A DNA stretch of 64,000 bases from a virus, in IMG/VR virus record IMGVR_UViG_3300045988_164636, positions 1 through 64,000 of that record; one strand, given 5' to 3'. A program made the translations under genes and the position numbers. How positions within the stretch are numbered: the stretch's first letter is position 1; each line of letters begins with the position of its first letter. A model generated the notes under the pieces. The model saw nothing but the letters and a program-made list of their open reading frames with translations, made no database searches and was not told where the DNA came from. Below are positions 15,284-24,579 of the stretch, in pieces.

Positions 15284-15811
15284 ATGATTTATATAGGTTA
15301 TCCTTGTATAGGTAAAACAACTTTAGCAAAAGAAAAAAATAATTTTATTGATTTAGAATCTTCATATTTCAATTCTAATTCTAAACTTAATCCTTCTGTC
15401 TTAGTTATTACAGCGGATGCGGCATCTACAAATTATAATAAATACGAAAATTATTGTAATTTAGCAATAGACTTAAATAATCAGAATTTTAATGTATTTG
15501 TAAGTTCTCATAAACAAGTTACAGATTATTTAATAAATTATTATAAAAATATAGGACAAACAAGCAAACTCTGTATAATATATCCAGCGGAAGATTTATA
15601 TGCAGACTGGAGTAGAAGAGCTTTTGAAAGATATTTGAAAGATAAATCAGATAAAAACAAAAGAGCATTAGATAGAATATTGGAATATTATACGGAGGAT
15701 ATTAAATATTTAAAAAACTTATGTTTTACAAAAAATATTAATTCTATAGAAATTACGGAAATAGATTATAAATTAACTAATTATATAAATAATAATCCTT
15801 TCAACTCCTGA
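15284..15811 (+). CDS. P-loop NTPase/kinase-like protein
   Basis: Walker A GYPCIGKTT at residues 5-13; RBS AAGGAGAAAAG. Confidence 0.5.
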   Translation: MIYIGYPCIGKTTLAKEKNNFIDLESSYFNSNSKLNPSVLVITADAASTNYNKYENYCNLAIDLNNQNFNVFVSSHKQVTDYLINYYKNIGQTSKLCIIYPAEDLYADWSRRAFERYLKDKSDKNKRALDRILEYYTEDIKYLKNLCFTKNINSIEITEIDYKLTNYINNNPFNS

Positions 15812-15956
15812 GGGCGGATGCGACAAAAAGACTTCCAAGCAAGCAAGCTTGCTTTACAGCCATTTTGTCTTTCCTTGCCCTTAGCAATGCTCTTCCCCCA
15901 AGGGGGAAATTCGCATTGCTGTAAGTTATTGTTCATTTGTTTTTAAAAAAATTTTT

Positions 15957-15965
15957 TGTTATAAT
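15957..15965 (+). promoter_or_regulatory. class II promoter (A/T tract + TGTTATAAT)
   Basis: TTTTTAAAAAAATTTTTTGTTATAATAATTATAGTAAAAAAG. Confidence 0.6.
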
Positions 15966-15999
15966 AATTATAGTAAAAAAGAAAAAGGAGTTAATAATA

Positions 16000-16419
16000 A
16001 TGACAAAAGAAGAAATTTATATTGCGGCATTAGATAATTGTTCAAAGAAAGAAAACTGTTTCAATTGTCCTTATTTGGGGATAAATTGTTGGCAAAAATT
16101 AAGAAAAGACATAAAAAAGAATATAAACCCAGATAATTTTATTGCAGTAGGTTTAATTAAAAAGGGATACGTTAAGTCTGATTATTATCCAATGTGTGCG
16201 GCAATTAATTATAAAGATGTATATTTAAAACCTTTTGAAGATTATACTCAAGAAGTAGAATGGTTTGGAGATATTTATTTTGTAATCCCGCAAAAAGAAA
16301 TATCATATGATGTATACGATGAAAATAGTAATATAATATATAGTGCTTCTACTATTGAAGAAGCAAAAGAATATGTTAATAATTTAACTATCAAAAAGAC
16401 AGAAAAGGAGAAAATATGA
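16000..16419 (+). CDS. Cys-rich protein, tandem paralog 1 of 3
   Basis: Start at MTKEEIYIAALDNC after AAGGAG; C-x-CxxCPY-x-C then FIAVGLIKKGY. Confidence 0.65.
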   Translation: MTKEEIYIAALDNCSKKENCFNCPYLGINCWQKLRKDIKKNINPDNFIAVGLIKKGYVKSDYYPMCAAINYKDVYLKPFEDYTQEVEWFGDIYFVIPQKEISYDVYDENSNIIYSASTIEEAKEYVNNLTIKKTEKEKI

Positions 16420-16850
16420 CAAGAGAAGAAATTTATATTGCGGCATTAGATAACTGTTTAGGCAGAAAGAATGATAATTTAACGTGGGAGAATTGTCAAA
16501 AATGTCCTTACTTTGGAAGAGGCTATTGTCAAAATGAATTAAGAGAAGGTATTGCTTGTAATACTAATCCAGATGCTTTTATTGCGGTTGGGTTAATTAA
16601 AGAAGGATATATTAAGCCATATAAGAATTTCGTATCTGTTGCAATTCCCTATTCGGAAGTAAGTTTGAAGCCTACGAAAGAAAAAAATCAAAAAGTAAAA
16701 TGGCTTAATGATACATATTTTACAATTCCAGAAAAAGAAACAAAATATGATATATATGACAAATATAATAATATAGTATATAGCACTTCATTTATTGAAG
16801 AGGCGACAGATTATATTAAGAACTTAGTTATTAAAGTCGTTACTGATTGA
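16416..16850 (+). CDS. Cys-rich protein, tandem paralog 2 of 3
   Basis: MTREEIYIAALDNC..CQKCPYFGRGYC..FIAVGLIKEGY; ATGA overlap. Confidence 0.65.
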   Translation: MTREEIYIAALDNCLGRKNDNLTWENCQKCPYFGRGYCQNELREGIACNTNPDAFIAVGLIKEGYIKPYKNFVSVAIPYSEVSLKPTKEKNQKVKWLNDTYFTIPEKETKYDIYDKYNNIVYSTSFIEEATDYIKNLVIKVVTD

Positions 16851-16894
16851 AAAGCGGAAATTAAATACAGTTTTTGCGGAAAAGGGTGTTTTTA

Positions 16895-17422
16895 ATGACA
16901 AGAAAAGAAATATATACAGCCGCACTTGTGAATTGCTGCATGGGAGAAGGACTAAATTGCAGAAATTGTCCTTATGACGGCTACAAAAACTGCATATCTG
17001 ATCTTATGACGGATATACGGTATAACGAAATAGATCCAGAAGAATTTATTGCGACAGGTCTTATTAAAAAAGGATATGTATCAAAATCGAATAAAAACGA
17101 ACTTCATTACTATGAAGATGTAGCTATAGAACCTTCTGAAAAAAACAACATTGAAGTAACATGGTTTAAAAACGGATATTATGTAGAAGATAAAAATATT
17201 AAATCATTTCATTTTTTAAGAGATGTAAATGATAAAATTCTTTGTGCTTCCGTCAATTTTGAAAAAGTACGGTGGTATTTTTATCATATAGATATAAAAA
17301 AGAATAATGCGGAATATGAGGTAGTAGATGCATATGGTCAAGTTTTATTTACTTCTACTGATTATGATGCCGTATATAAATATTATCATAACCTATATTT
17401 AGACGAAATAACAAAAGACTAA
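16895..17422 (+). CDS. Cys-rich protein, tandem paralog 3 of 3
   Basis: Start at MTRKEIYTAALVNC; CRNCPY..C..FIATGLIKKGY. Confidence 0.6.
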   Translation: MTRKEIYTAALVNCCMGEGLNCRNCPYDGYKNCISDLMTDIRYNEIDPEEFIATGLIKKGYVSKSNKNELHYYEDVAIEPSEKNNIEVTWFKNGYYVEDKNIKSFHFLRDVNDKILCASVNFEKVRWYFYHIDIKKNNAEYEVVDAYGQVLFTSTDYDAVYKYYHNLYLDEITKD

Positions 17423-17514
17423 TAGTTTATTTGTTTTTATTAAAAAATTATTATATAATATATTTAAAGAAAGTGGAAAATGAATTTCCGCATATAATAG
17501 AGGAGAATAATATA

Positions 17515-17868
17515 ATGAAGAATGCAATGACAGATATGATTTATAACAGACTTAAGACAACCAATGAAAGATGTTTAAGAGAAGATTTTGAAAAGGCTGT
17601 TAATGAAGCTCTTGAACAGATTGCCGCAGAAAAGAAGGCGGAACAGGAGAAGAAGCGGGCAGAGGAGATTGCTGCAGCAAAGGCTAAGGCTGACGAGGAG
17701 AACAAGAGAAAGGCAATTGGCACTATTGCTAAGGCATGGCAGACTCTTGTACCTGAGGTAGACACTAATATAATTAAGAAGTATTTAGAGTATACTTATA
17801 TTATTAAAAAGAATGCTTTTGACCCAAATGAATACTTTACTATTTTTGATAAGTATTTTAACTGTTAA
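17515..17868 (+). CDS. hypothetical coiled-coil protein (A/E/K-rich)
   Basis: Start moved to ATG 17515 after AGAGGAGA; contains AAEKKAEQEKKRAEEIAAAKAKADEENKRKA. Confidence 0.55.
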   Translation: MKNAMTDMIYNRLKTTNERCLREDFEKAVNEALEQIAAEKKAEQEKKRAEEIAAAKAKADEENKRKAIGTIAKAWQTLVPEVDTNIIKKYLEYTYIIKKNAFDPNEYFTIFDKYFNC

Positions 17869-17879
17869 TAAGAAAGAAT

Positions 17880-17910
17880 AAGGCGGCGTGTAGTCCGCCT
17901 TTATTTTTTT
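17880..17910 (+). terminator. rho-independent terminator
   Basis: AAGGCGG-CGTGTAGT-CCGCCTT followed by a T run. Confidence 0.8.
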
Positions 17911-17970
17911 TAAAAATTTTGTTATAATTATTATAGAAAAAAGAGAAAAGAGAAAAAGGCGGTTTCTATA

Positions 17971-18579
17971 ATGGATATGATAACAGATTTTGATAAGAAT
18001 ATATTAAAGAAATGGGCATTAAATTACTTTCCGCAAAAGCAAAGAGAAAATAGTTATATGTCTATTGAAGATATATGGTATATGTGGGAAAATGATGCGG
18101 CGGATATTGATAATGTAAGATTTACTAATGGAGTATCAAGAGGTGTCTTTATATTTGATGATAGTGATTATGTTGTAAAATTTTCACTTATAGAAGAATA
18201 TGATTCGTTTATTAATGAACAAGAATTGTACATTGAAGCAGAAATGTGTGGCGTAGAGAAATTTTTTGCTCCAATTACATATTTATGTACTATTGGTGGA
18301 TTCAAATTTTATGCTCAAAAGAAAGTGAAAAGCGGTACCCGCATAGATACAGATGGAGAAAATCTATCAGAAGCATCTATATCACTTTTAAATGAGTGTA
18401 ATGATACCAGTTTTTGTCAGAATGATTTATTTGATGATTTTTATGACTGTTACGAAGAAAAAGAATTATGTAAACTTATAGATTTTATTAATGATTATAA
18501 CATCAATGACATACATTATAAAAATGTAGGGTTTTTAAATAATTTGCCTATTATTATTGACTATGCGGGTTGTTGCTAA
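17971..18579 (+). CDS. protein-kinase-like fold protein, paralog 1
   Basis: VVKF (Lys), catalytic-loop-like NDIHYKNVGF, IIIDYAG (DFG-like); aligns with 18690-19397. Confidence 0.45.
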   Translation: MDMITDFDKNILKKWALNYFPQKQRENSYMSIEDIWYMWENDAADIDNVRFTNGVSRGVFIFDDSDYVVKFSLIEEYDSFINEQELYIEAEMCGVEKFFAPITYLCTIGGFKFYAQKKVKSGTRIDTDGENLSEASISLLNECNDTSFCQNDLFDDFYDCYEEKELCKLIDFINDYNINDIHYKNVGFLNNLPIIIDYAGCC

Positions 18580-18689
18580 GCAAATTTAGCAAATTGTATT
18601 TACAAAAAAGCAGAAACGTGCATTCCCTTTCATTTTTTAAAAATTTTTGTTATAATTATTATAGTGAAAAGGAAAAGGAGCTAATAGTT

Positions 18690-19397
18690 ATGAATATTAA
18701 TTATACAACAGATGAAATACTGGCAGCAATTGATGAATTTCTGCCGCTTGAAAAAGGTATGCGTCTTACAGAGGATACTTTTGAAGATTTTATAAATGAC
18801 CACGATTCTGGAATAATAGAAGATTATGCTCATGGTGCTTCTAAATTGGTAGTATTTCTTAAAGATGCCAATTTTGTAGTAAAGATACCTTTTACGGGAT
18901 ATATGTTTGATGATGAATATTCAGAATACTGTGATAATTATTGTACTTTTGAGGGTGCGGAAGAAGATAGTTCTGGAGAGTGTTGGGATTATTGTAGAAC
19001 AGAAGTAACAATATATCATAAAGCACTTGCCGCAGGTGTTGAAAAATATCTCCTTGAAACTGAAAAAATAGGTGAAATTAATGGCTACCCCATCTATGTA
19101 CAGGAAAAATGTGTAAGTTTTTTTAGTTCATCTACTGTTATCCCAACTAATAATGAGAAACTTGTTTCAAGGAACGATTTTGAAGATAATAATATTTATA
19201 CGACGGTTCTTTCCTCAGTCTTTTGTTTTTATTGCTATCTTGATATTATCAATGGAGAAGATACTTATGAATCTTTTGGTAGATTTAATAATTTTGCAGA
19301 AGAATATTTGAGTGATATTCACAATGGTAATATAGGCTTCAACGTATGCGGAAAACCTGTTATCTTAGATTATAGTGGATACCATGAGTCTTGTTAA
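18690..19397 (+). CDS. protein-kinase-like fold protein, paralog 2
   Basis: Start at MNINYTT after AAGGAG; VVKIPF, SDIHNGNIGF, VILDYSG. Confidence 0.45.
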   Translation: MNINYTTDEILAAIDEFLPLEKGMRLTEDTFEDFINDHDSGIIEDYAHGASKLVVFLKDANFVVKIPFTGYMFDDEYSEYCDNYCTFEGAEEDSSGECWDYCRTEVTIYHKALAAGVEKYLLETEKIGEINGYPIYVQEKCVSFFSSSTVIPTNNEKLVSRNDFEDNNIYTTVLSSVFCFYCYLDIINGEDTYESFGRFNNFAEEYLSDIHNGNIGFNVCGKPVILDYSGYHESC

Positions 19398-19476
19398 AAG
19401 GTTGGTCAAAACAAGATAAACTAATTTATATATTTTTTATTATAAATATATAGCTTAAAAACAGGAGGGGATTAAA

Positions 19477-19608
19477 ATGCAGAAAATTAAGGAATTCATT
19501 TGCCGCCATTTTGGGCATAAGTATAAGATTTTAGCTATTGAAGATAATGGTACATTATATTTATGTAGTAGGTGCAATAAAACGCTATTTGTGAAGAATA
19601 AGCACTAA
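19477..19608 (+). CDS. 43-aa zinc-ribbon-like peptide
   Basis: RBS AGGAGGGG; C-x-H-x3-H ... CxxC. Confidence 0.45.
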   Translation: MQKIKEFICRHFGHKYKILAIEDNGTLYLCSRCNKTLFVKNKH

Positions 19609-19677
19609 TTTGTTTTTATAAAAAATTTTTGTTAAAATAATAATACAATAAAGAAAGAGTTCAAAGGAGAAAAAGAT

Positions 19678-20100
19678 ATGGCTGATAAGAAGTTTACAAA
19701 GATTGATATGTTCAACACAATTATTAATGTTATCAATGAGGTTGAGATTGCGGCAGATGAGAACACTCCCTCAACAGATGAAGTTATTGACTGGTGCAAG
19801 GGTCAAATTGAGGTAGTAGAAAAGAAGGCAAGCAAGGCAAGAGAAACTGCCGCAAAGAAGAAGGCAGAAAATGATGTATACAAGGAAAGAGTATATGATT
19901 TTATTACTAATTCAGAAGAGCCTGTAACTGCGGACGATATAGTTGCAAATATAGGTGAGGAAAGTTTTACGAAGGCTAAGGCAGTAGCAAGATGTACAGC
20001 TCTTGTTAAGGAAGGTCGTATCACTAAGGAAGAGATTAAAGTAAACAAGGTGCGTAAGATGACTTATCAGGTTGCTGAAACTGAGGAGGAAGAGGCGTAA
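19678..20100 (+). CDS. winged-helix-like protein, family copy 3
   Basis: MADKKFTKIDMF...; C-terminal EPVTADDIV...LVKEGRITKEE and acidic tail as in 4439 and 10182. Confidence 0.6.
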   Translation: MADKKFTKIDMFNTIINVINEVEIAADENTPSTDEVIDWCKGQIEVVEKKASKARETAAKKKAENDVYKERVYDFITNSEEPVTADDIVANIGEESFTKAKAVARCTALVKEGRITKEEIKVNKVRKMTYQVAETEEEEA

Positions 20101-20118
20101 GCCTCTTTTCTTTTTAAT

Positions 20119-20934
20119 ATGAAGAAATGTTTAGTATATTTCCGCAATAGTCAATATGATATGAGTGCGGAAGAATTAATTATTCAATTTAAAGAGTCAG
20201 ATAAATGGCAAGATTTTTTAAATTTACATTCAAATCAAAAGGTTATTGTGCCTGTTGATAACGCAAATAACTTTGAATATGTTTTAAAACAAGTTAATAA
20301 TCCATTTAATTTAGTATTTATGTTTAGTCCAGATATGGAATGTTTAAATGTAGTTACTAAGATATGTAAAGAAAGCGGCATCCCCTACTTTTATGATACC
20401 ATAGTCAAGGATTGGGAAACATTATATCAAATTATGAATGAAGGTGTATATAGTATTTACATAGGCGGAGATTTAGGATTTGATCTGCCGCTTATTAAGA
20501 AAATTTATTCATCTTTTGACACATCAATAAGAGTGATTGCAAATAGTAATATTAAAGACATTTATTCCTTTTTTATTAGACCAGAAGATTTAGAACTTTA
20601 TGCCCCTTATGTTGATATTGTTGAAATGCGGTTTCCGCATGATAAGCCTGAATTGCAAGATAACTTATTTAATGTATATTTTGAACAAAAGAAATGGAAT
20701 TATGATATTAGTTATCTTACTTTTGACGAAATTAAGTTTCCGAATCAATATATGGAAACAATATTTGGAATAAAAAGGTTGCATTGTCATCATAGATGTA
20801 TGAGGGGTAAACAGTGTGATTTGTGTGGGGCATTGGTAAATTTTTCCAATACGCTTAATGAACATAAGGAGGAATTATTAAATGGCAGCAAGAGGACAGA
20901 AGATAAAGACTCAGATAATGCAGAAGATACTTGA
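20119..20934 (+). CDS. hypothetical protein with C-terminal Cys/His cluster
   Basis: 271-aa ORF; HCHHRC-x5-C-x2-C near the C-terminus. Confidence 0.55.
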   Translation: MKKCLVYFRNSQYDMSAEELIIQFKESDKWQDFLNLHSNQKVIVPVDNANNFEYVLKQVNNPFNLVFMFSPDMECLNVVTKICKESGIPYFYDTIVKDWETLYQIMNEGVYSIYIGGDLGFDLPLIKKIYSSFDTSIRVIANSNIKDIYSFFIRPEDLELYAPYVDIVEMRFPHDKPELQDNLFNVYFEQKKWNYDISYLTFDEIKFPNQYMETIFGIKRLHCHHRCMRGKQCDLCGALVNFSNTLNEHKEELLNGSKRTEDKDSDNAEDT

Positions 20935-21169
20935 TACTTTTGAAGGTAGTTTTATAAATGATAAAGAAATACGAATATGCGGAGAAGAAGATGGGTATCC
21001 TATACAGATTAAGGTAGCATTAACTGCGGCAAAGGAAAATATTGACAATCCAAATGAGATAGGATATGAGCCGCCACAAGCCGCAGACTCCGCAGATACA
21101 GTAGAGGTAAGTATTACATCAGAAGAAAAGAAGACAGTAGCTCAGCTATTGGCAGGTTTAGGCTTATGA
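20882..21169 (+). CDS. hypothetical protein
   Basis: 95-aa ORF with strong RBS AAGGAGGA; overlaps the end of 20119-20934 in another frame. Confidence 0.55.
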   Translation: MAARGQKIKTQIMQKILDTFEGSFINDKEIRICGEEDGYPIQIKVALTAAKENIDNPNEIGYEPPQAADSADTVEVSITSEEKKTVAQLLAGLGL

Positions 21170-21852
21170 TGATTTCAAAGAATAAAATGGCTATTTTAAT
21201 AGCCACTTTTTCTTTTATCATTTTAATGTTTTCTTCTAAAAAAGAATATGTACCTTCTACTTTTGTATTAAATGCTCCAGAACCAGTTATTATGACAATA
21301 GACTTTAATTATCCGTGGCGGCAATATACTCCTTCAATTATTGAAGAAAAACCAGATATAATAAATATGGCTGTATATTTTGATCCTTTTGATATAACAC
21401 AACCTTCTAATCTCACATATGAACAATTGCATAAATATCTTGCCGCATATTGCAAGAACTGGGTTGGATTAGAAGATTATTTATTGTCAAAAGATAAAGA
21501 GATTAATCTTATATTTTTATTAAGTGTGGCTAAAACTGAAACAGGTGCAGGTATTATTACTCATGGTTGGTATAATTGTTTCAATATCCGCCAAGAAAAT
21601 AGCTATGCTTTTGTTAATTACAATAGTTATGAAGAAAGTATTGATGATTTTATTCATCTTATATTGAATGGATATGTTGCGGAAGATGGAATATGGTACG
21701 AAGAACCTTGGATAGATTATAATGGAGTAGAACATACAAGTAAGTCTGTTCATACTATTGGTTTGCATTATGCGAGTGAAATATGGGCGCCTTATATTGA
21801 AAATATCTGTTGGGAAATAAAATCATTTAGTGAAAAGATTGAGGAGTCTTAA
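21166..21852 (+). CDS. membrane-anchored glucosaminidase-domain protein (FlgJ/LytD-like)
   Basis: N-terminal TM; AKTETGAG...NCFNIR...NYNSYEESIDDFIHLI resembles the glucosaminidase motif pattern. Confidence 0.5.
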   Translation: MMISKNKMAILIATFSFIILMFSSKKEYVPSTFVLNAPEPVIMTIDFNYPWRQYTPSIIEEKPDIINMAVYFDPFDITQPSNLTYEQLHKYLAAYCKNWVGLEDYLLSKDKEINLIFLLSVAKTETGAGIITHGWYNCFNIRQENSYAFVNYNSYEESIDDFIHLILNGYVAEDGIWYEEPWIDYNGVEHTSKSVHTIGLHYASEIWAPYIENICWEIKSFSEKIEES

Positions 21853-21870
21853 GACTCCTCTTTATTTTTT
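21841..21870 (+). terminator. rho-independent terminator
   Basis: GAGGAGTCTTAAGACTCCTC followed by a T run; class II promoter follows (-10 at 21884-21889). Confidence 0.85.
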
Positions 21871-21923
21871 AAAAAATTTTTGTTATAATTATTATAGTAA
21901 AAAAGAGAAAAGGAGCTAATAAA

Positions 21924-22112
21924 ATGTTTGGTGATATGACTTATATGTTTATGGATTACGAAGAAAGAATTGAAAAGGCAAAAGAAGAAGTTGATAATGC
22001 GGTTGAATGCGGAGAATCTGTAGATATTCATCAAATTCTTGATGCTTATGATTTAAATCGGGCTTCCGCAAGTGATATAAGATATATTATGAGAAATGTG
22101 AGGAATTATTAA
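21924..22112 (+). CDS. hypothetical small protein
   Basis: 62-aa ORF, RBS AAAGGAG. Confidence 0.55.
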   Translation: MFGDMTYMFMDYEERIEKAKEEVDNAVECGESVDIHQILDAYDLNRASASDIRYIMRNVRNY

Positions 22113-22402
22113 TGAAGAAGAATAAATTTCAAAAGTTAGTTGAGCAAAATATTAAAAAGAATGTAAAAGAATTGGTAGAATCATTAAAGCCCGAACTTAA
22201 AGATTGTTCTAAAAACTATTTAATAATAAAATATCAAAATGTAGATTATGATTTTGTATATCAGAGCAATTGTCAACTCAAGAGATACCTCCCGAATAAG
22301 AAAATAATTTTTATTCCTGCAGAATTTGAAATAAACTCTTGGGGCAATAAAGAATTTTCTGAGTATATTGAGAATTTAATTAAAGCAAGAAAAGGTGAAT
22401 AA
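22112..22402 (+). CDS. hypothetical small protein
   Basis: 96-aa ORF, TAATG overlap. Confidence 0.55.
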   Translation: MKKNKFQKLVEQNIKKNVKELVESLKPELKDCSKNYLIIKYQNVDYDFVYQSNCQLKRYLPNKKIIFIPAEFEINSWGNKEFSEYIENLIKARKGE

Positions 22403-22403
22403 A

Positions 22404-22571
22404 ATGATAGAATGTAGTTTTGAAGGAAGAGATGGCTTTTGTCATTGTCCATATTGTCCCGCTGCAGAAGATCCTTGTCCAGTGTTTGAATACCAAAGTA
22501 TGTGTAAGTTTTATACTGTTGAGATACCAGAAGAAATGTTTACTGAGGAGGAGACAGAGGAAATTGATTAA
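22404..22571 (+). CDS. 55-aa Cys-rich protein (family with 22947 and 23290)
   Basis: MIECSFEGRDGFCHCPYCPAAEDPCPVFEYQSMCKFY...; RBS AAAAGGTGA; too short for the ORF track. Confidence 0.5.
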   Translation: MIECSFEGRDGFCHCPYCPAAEDPCPVFEYQSMCKFYTVEIPEEMFTEEETEEID

Positions 22572-22782
22572 AGAAATAGAAGTATGTGAATGCGATGTAT
22601 GCGGACGATTAATGAAGCCAGATATATTACACATAGATGGTAATATTTGTAATGATAGAAAATTTTTACCTACTGGTTGGATTAAAATTGGTGGTGATAC
22701 TGGGATGTTATTATGCAATATTTGTAATAAAGCATTTAAAGAATTACGAAAGAAATATCAAAAAGAGGAAGAAAATGTTTAA
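22564..22782 (+). CDS. zinc-ribbon protein (paralog of 22775-22960)
   Basis: Probable TTG start after GAGGAGGAGACAGAGG; CECDVCG ... CNICN. Confidence 0.45.
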   Translation: MIKEIEVCECDVCGRLMKPDILHIDGNICNDRKFLPTGWIKIGGDTGMLLCNICNKAFKELRKKYQKEEENV

Positions 22783-22960
22783 GTCAATGAATATATATGA
22801 GTGTGACATATGCGGAGCAATTAGCAAACCCAAAATTATCTTTACTCATATGAATGAAATAATTGAAGAACTACCCGATAATTGGGAACGAAGAGGAAGT
22901 ATAGTCATTTGTAAAAATTGTGCTGATAGATTAAAGGAGAACAATAATGGTAAAATGTGA
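22775..22960 (+). CDS. zinc-ribbon protein
   Basis: ATG 22775 after AGAGGAAGAAA; YECDICG ... CKNC. Confidence 0.5.
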   Translation: MFKSMNIYECDICGAISKPKIIFTHMNEIIEELPDNWERRGSIVICKNCADRLKENNNGKM

Positions 22961-23183
22961 TTGGGAAATTGAAGAAATATGTACTAATAGTATTTGCCCA
23001 AAGGCGGCAGATTATTGTCCAGTAATAGATTGTCCGCATATATGCAAATTTTATCTTCCTAAATATGAACAGGACTGGGAACAAGTAGCAGGAGGATATA
23101 AATGCACTAAGTGTGGCAGAATTTATAGCGAAGTTGAAACAGGAGATATATGTGCTTGTTGGTATGAGGAAGAGGAGGACTAA
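22947..23183 (+). CDS. Cys-rich small protein
   Basis: 78 aa, 9 Cys; RBS AAGGAGA. Confidence 0.55.
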   Translation: MVKCDWEIEEICTNSICPKAADYCPVIDCPHICKFYLPKYEQDWEQVAGGYKCTKCGRIYSEVETGDICACWYEEEED

Positions 23184-23200
23184 ACCCTCCTCTTTATTTT
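23172..23200 (+). terminator. rho-independent terminator
   Basis: GAGGAGG-ACTAAAC-CCTCCTC followed by a T run. Confidence 0.8.
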
Positions 23201-23289
23201 TACAAAAAATTTTTATATAATATAGATAAAGAAATAAAGATTATTTCTTAATAATAATAACAATAATAAGAGAGAATAAAGAAAAAAGA

Positions 23290-23538
23290 ATGAAAGTTAA
23301 GCAATGTAAGTGGAGTACAGATAATATTTGCACAAGAGTACCAGAGTATTTAGGCTGTACTTGCCCGCTTACAAAGAATCAAGAATTATGTAAAGAATAT
23401 CAACAGACAGAATTAGTTTATGTAAATTACGATAGGTTAATAGATGCTTTTGATAAAATCAAGGAAATGTCTACTGCAGCAGGCGTTGATATGATAGACC
23501 AGCTTGAATTTTATTTAAATAAATTAGCTGAGAGATAA
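23290..23538 (+). CDS. Cys-rich small protein
   Basis: 82 aa; CKWSTDNICT...CTCP...C pattern as in 22947. Confidence 0.55.
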   Translation: MKVKQCKWSTDNICTRVPEYLGCTCPLTKNQELCKEYQQTELVYVNYDRLIDAFDKIKEMSTAAGVDMIDQLEFYLNKLAER

Positions 23539-23628
23539 AGAAGCTTTTTAGCTTCTTTATTTTTTTAAAAAATTTTGTTATAATTATTATAGCAAGTAAG
23601 AAAGAAATAAAAATCAAAAGGAGTAGCT

Positions 23629-23820
23629 ATGAGAGATATTAACAGAATTGATGGTATATGTGATTCATTAAAACAGATATGGAAGACACTTCCTGACTGG
23701 CGGCTAATGCAGTTAATTGTAAATTTTCAAGATTATATAAGTAATGATGGATATTATCTTGAAGACAAAGATTTTATTAAGGTGCTTGCGGAGATGACAG
23801 GAGTAGATTTATATGAATGA
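23629..23820 (+). CDS. hypothetical small protein
   Basis: 63-aa ORF, RBS AAAGGAG. Confidence 0.55.
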   Translation: MRDINRIDGICDSLKQIWKTLPDWRLMQLIVNFQDYISNDGYYLEDKDFIKVLAEMTGVDLYE

Positions 23821-24073
23821 AGAATATCTTGAACGTGGGGCAGTTCTTAAAGAAATAAATAAATCATTATCTTTTATAGATTGTCCTCCTATTATAAGTA
23901 GCATAGTTAATTCAATTGTGCTTAATATGCCCGCAGAAAATGTCGAGTATAAAAAACAAGGATATTGGGAATTCTCTGATAATCCTAATTGTCAATATCA
24001 ATGTTCTGCTTGTGGTAAAGAAACAAATATGACATCTCATTATTGTCCTCGTTGTGGAGCTTGTTTAATTTAA
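23813..24073 (+). CDS. protein with C-terminal zinc ribbon
   Basis: CSACGK-x10-CPRCG at the C-terminus. Confidence 0.55.
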   Translation: MNEEYLERGAVLKEINKSLSFIDCPPIISSIVNSIVLNMPAENVEYKKQGYWEFSDNPNCQYQCSACGKETNMTSHYCPRCGACLI

Positions 24074-24087
24074 GGAGATGAATTTAT

Positions 24088-24579
24088 ATGACAGATAATT
24101 TTATAAAAAAGTCCAGTCTTTTTAGAGGTAAAAGAGTAGATAATGGTGAATGGGTTATAGGATATTATTGTGTAATTGAAGGTATAAGTTACCGCATATA
24201 CACAGGTTATGCAAAAACAGTTCATGGAGAATTTTGTCCAGATTGGTATGAAGTTATTCCTGAAACTGTAAGTCAATATACCGGATGGACAGATAAATAC
24301 AGAATAAAGATTTTTGAAGGAGATATAATTAATATAACTCCTAATCAAACTAATAGACTTATGGAAGTAAGATGGAATGATGAAACAGTTTCTTGGGAAC
24401 TGACAGATATAGGTACTCCAACATGGGAAGTAAATCATCTTATTAATACTATTAGTCTTGGAGAACTTGAACTTGAAGCTTGTTATGGTGAACCAATTTC
24501 TTTTATTGTTGGAAATATTTATGATAACCCAGAATTAATGGAGGATTTAAATGATAGACGAACGTATAAAATATGCTAA
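24088..24579 (+). CDS. YopX-family protein
   Basis: FRGKRVDNGEWVIGYY ... ETVSQYTGWTDKYRIKIFEGDII, the typical YopX pattern. Confidence 0.7.
   Translation: MTDNFIKKSSLFRGKRVDNGEWVIGYYCVIEGISYRIYTGYAKTVHGEFCPDWYEVIPETVSQYTGWTDKYRIKIFEGDIINITPNQTNRLMEVRWNDETVSWELTDIGTPTWEVNHLINTISLGELELEACYGEPISFIVGNIYDNPELMEDLNDRRTYKIC

Noticed and set aside
11000-15300. Lysogeny/integration module or inserted mobile element in the 11-15.3 kb region
   Set aside because: I could not recognise an integrase, recombinase, transposase or CI/Cro-type pair, and there are no flanking direct repeats. The region is interpreted instead as a replication/regulatory module (iterons, HTH paralogs).
20882-20934. Programmed frameshift joining 20119-20934 and 20882-21169
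   Set aside because: No slippery heptamer is seen in the 53-nt overlap, and the downstream ORF has its own strong RBS (AAGGAGGA) and ATG. Independent initiation is simpler.
22420-22960. Long versions of ORFs 22420-22782 and 22637-22960
   Set aside because: Their N-terminal halves overlap the better-supported 22404-22571 gene and each other, and they lack RBS. The conserved zinc-ribbon paralog alignment starts at 22564 (TTG after GAGGAGG) and at 22775 (ATG).
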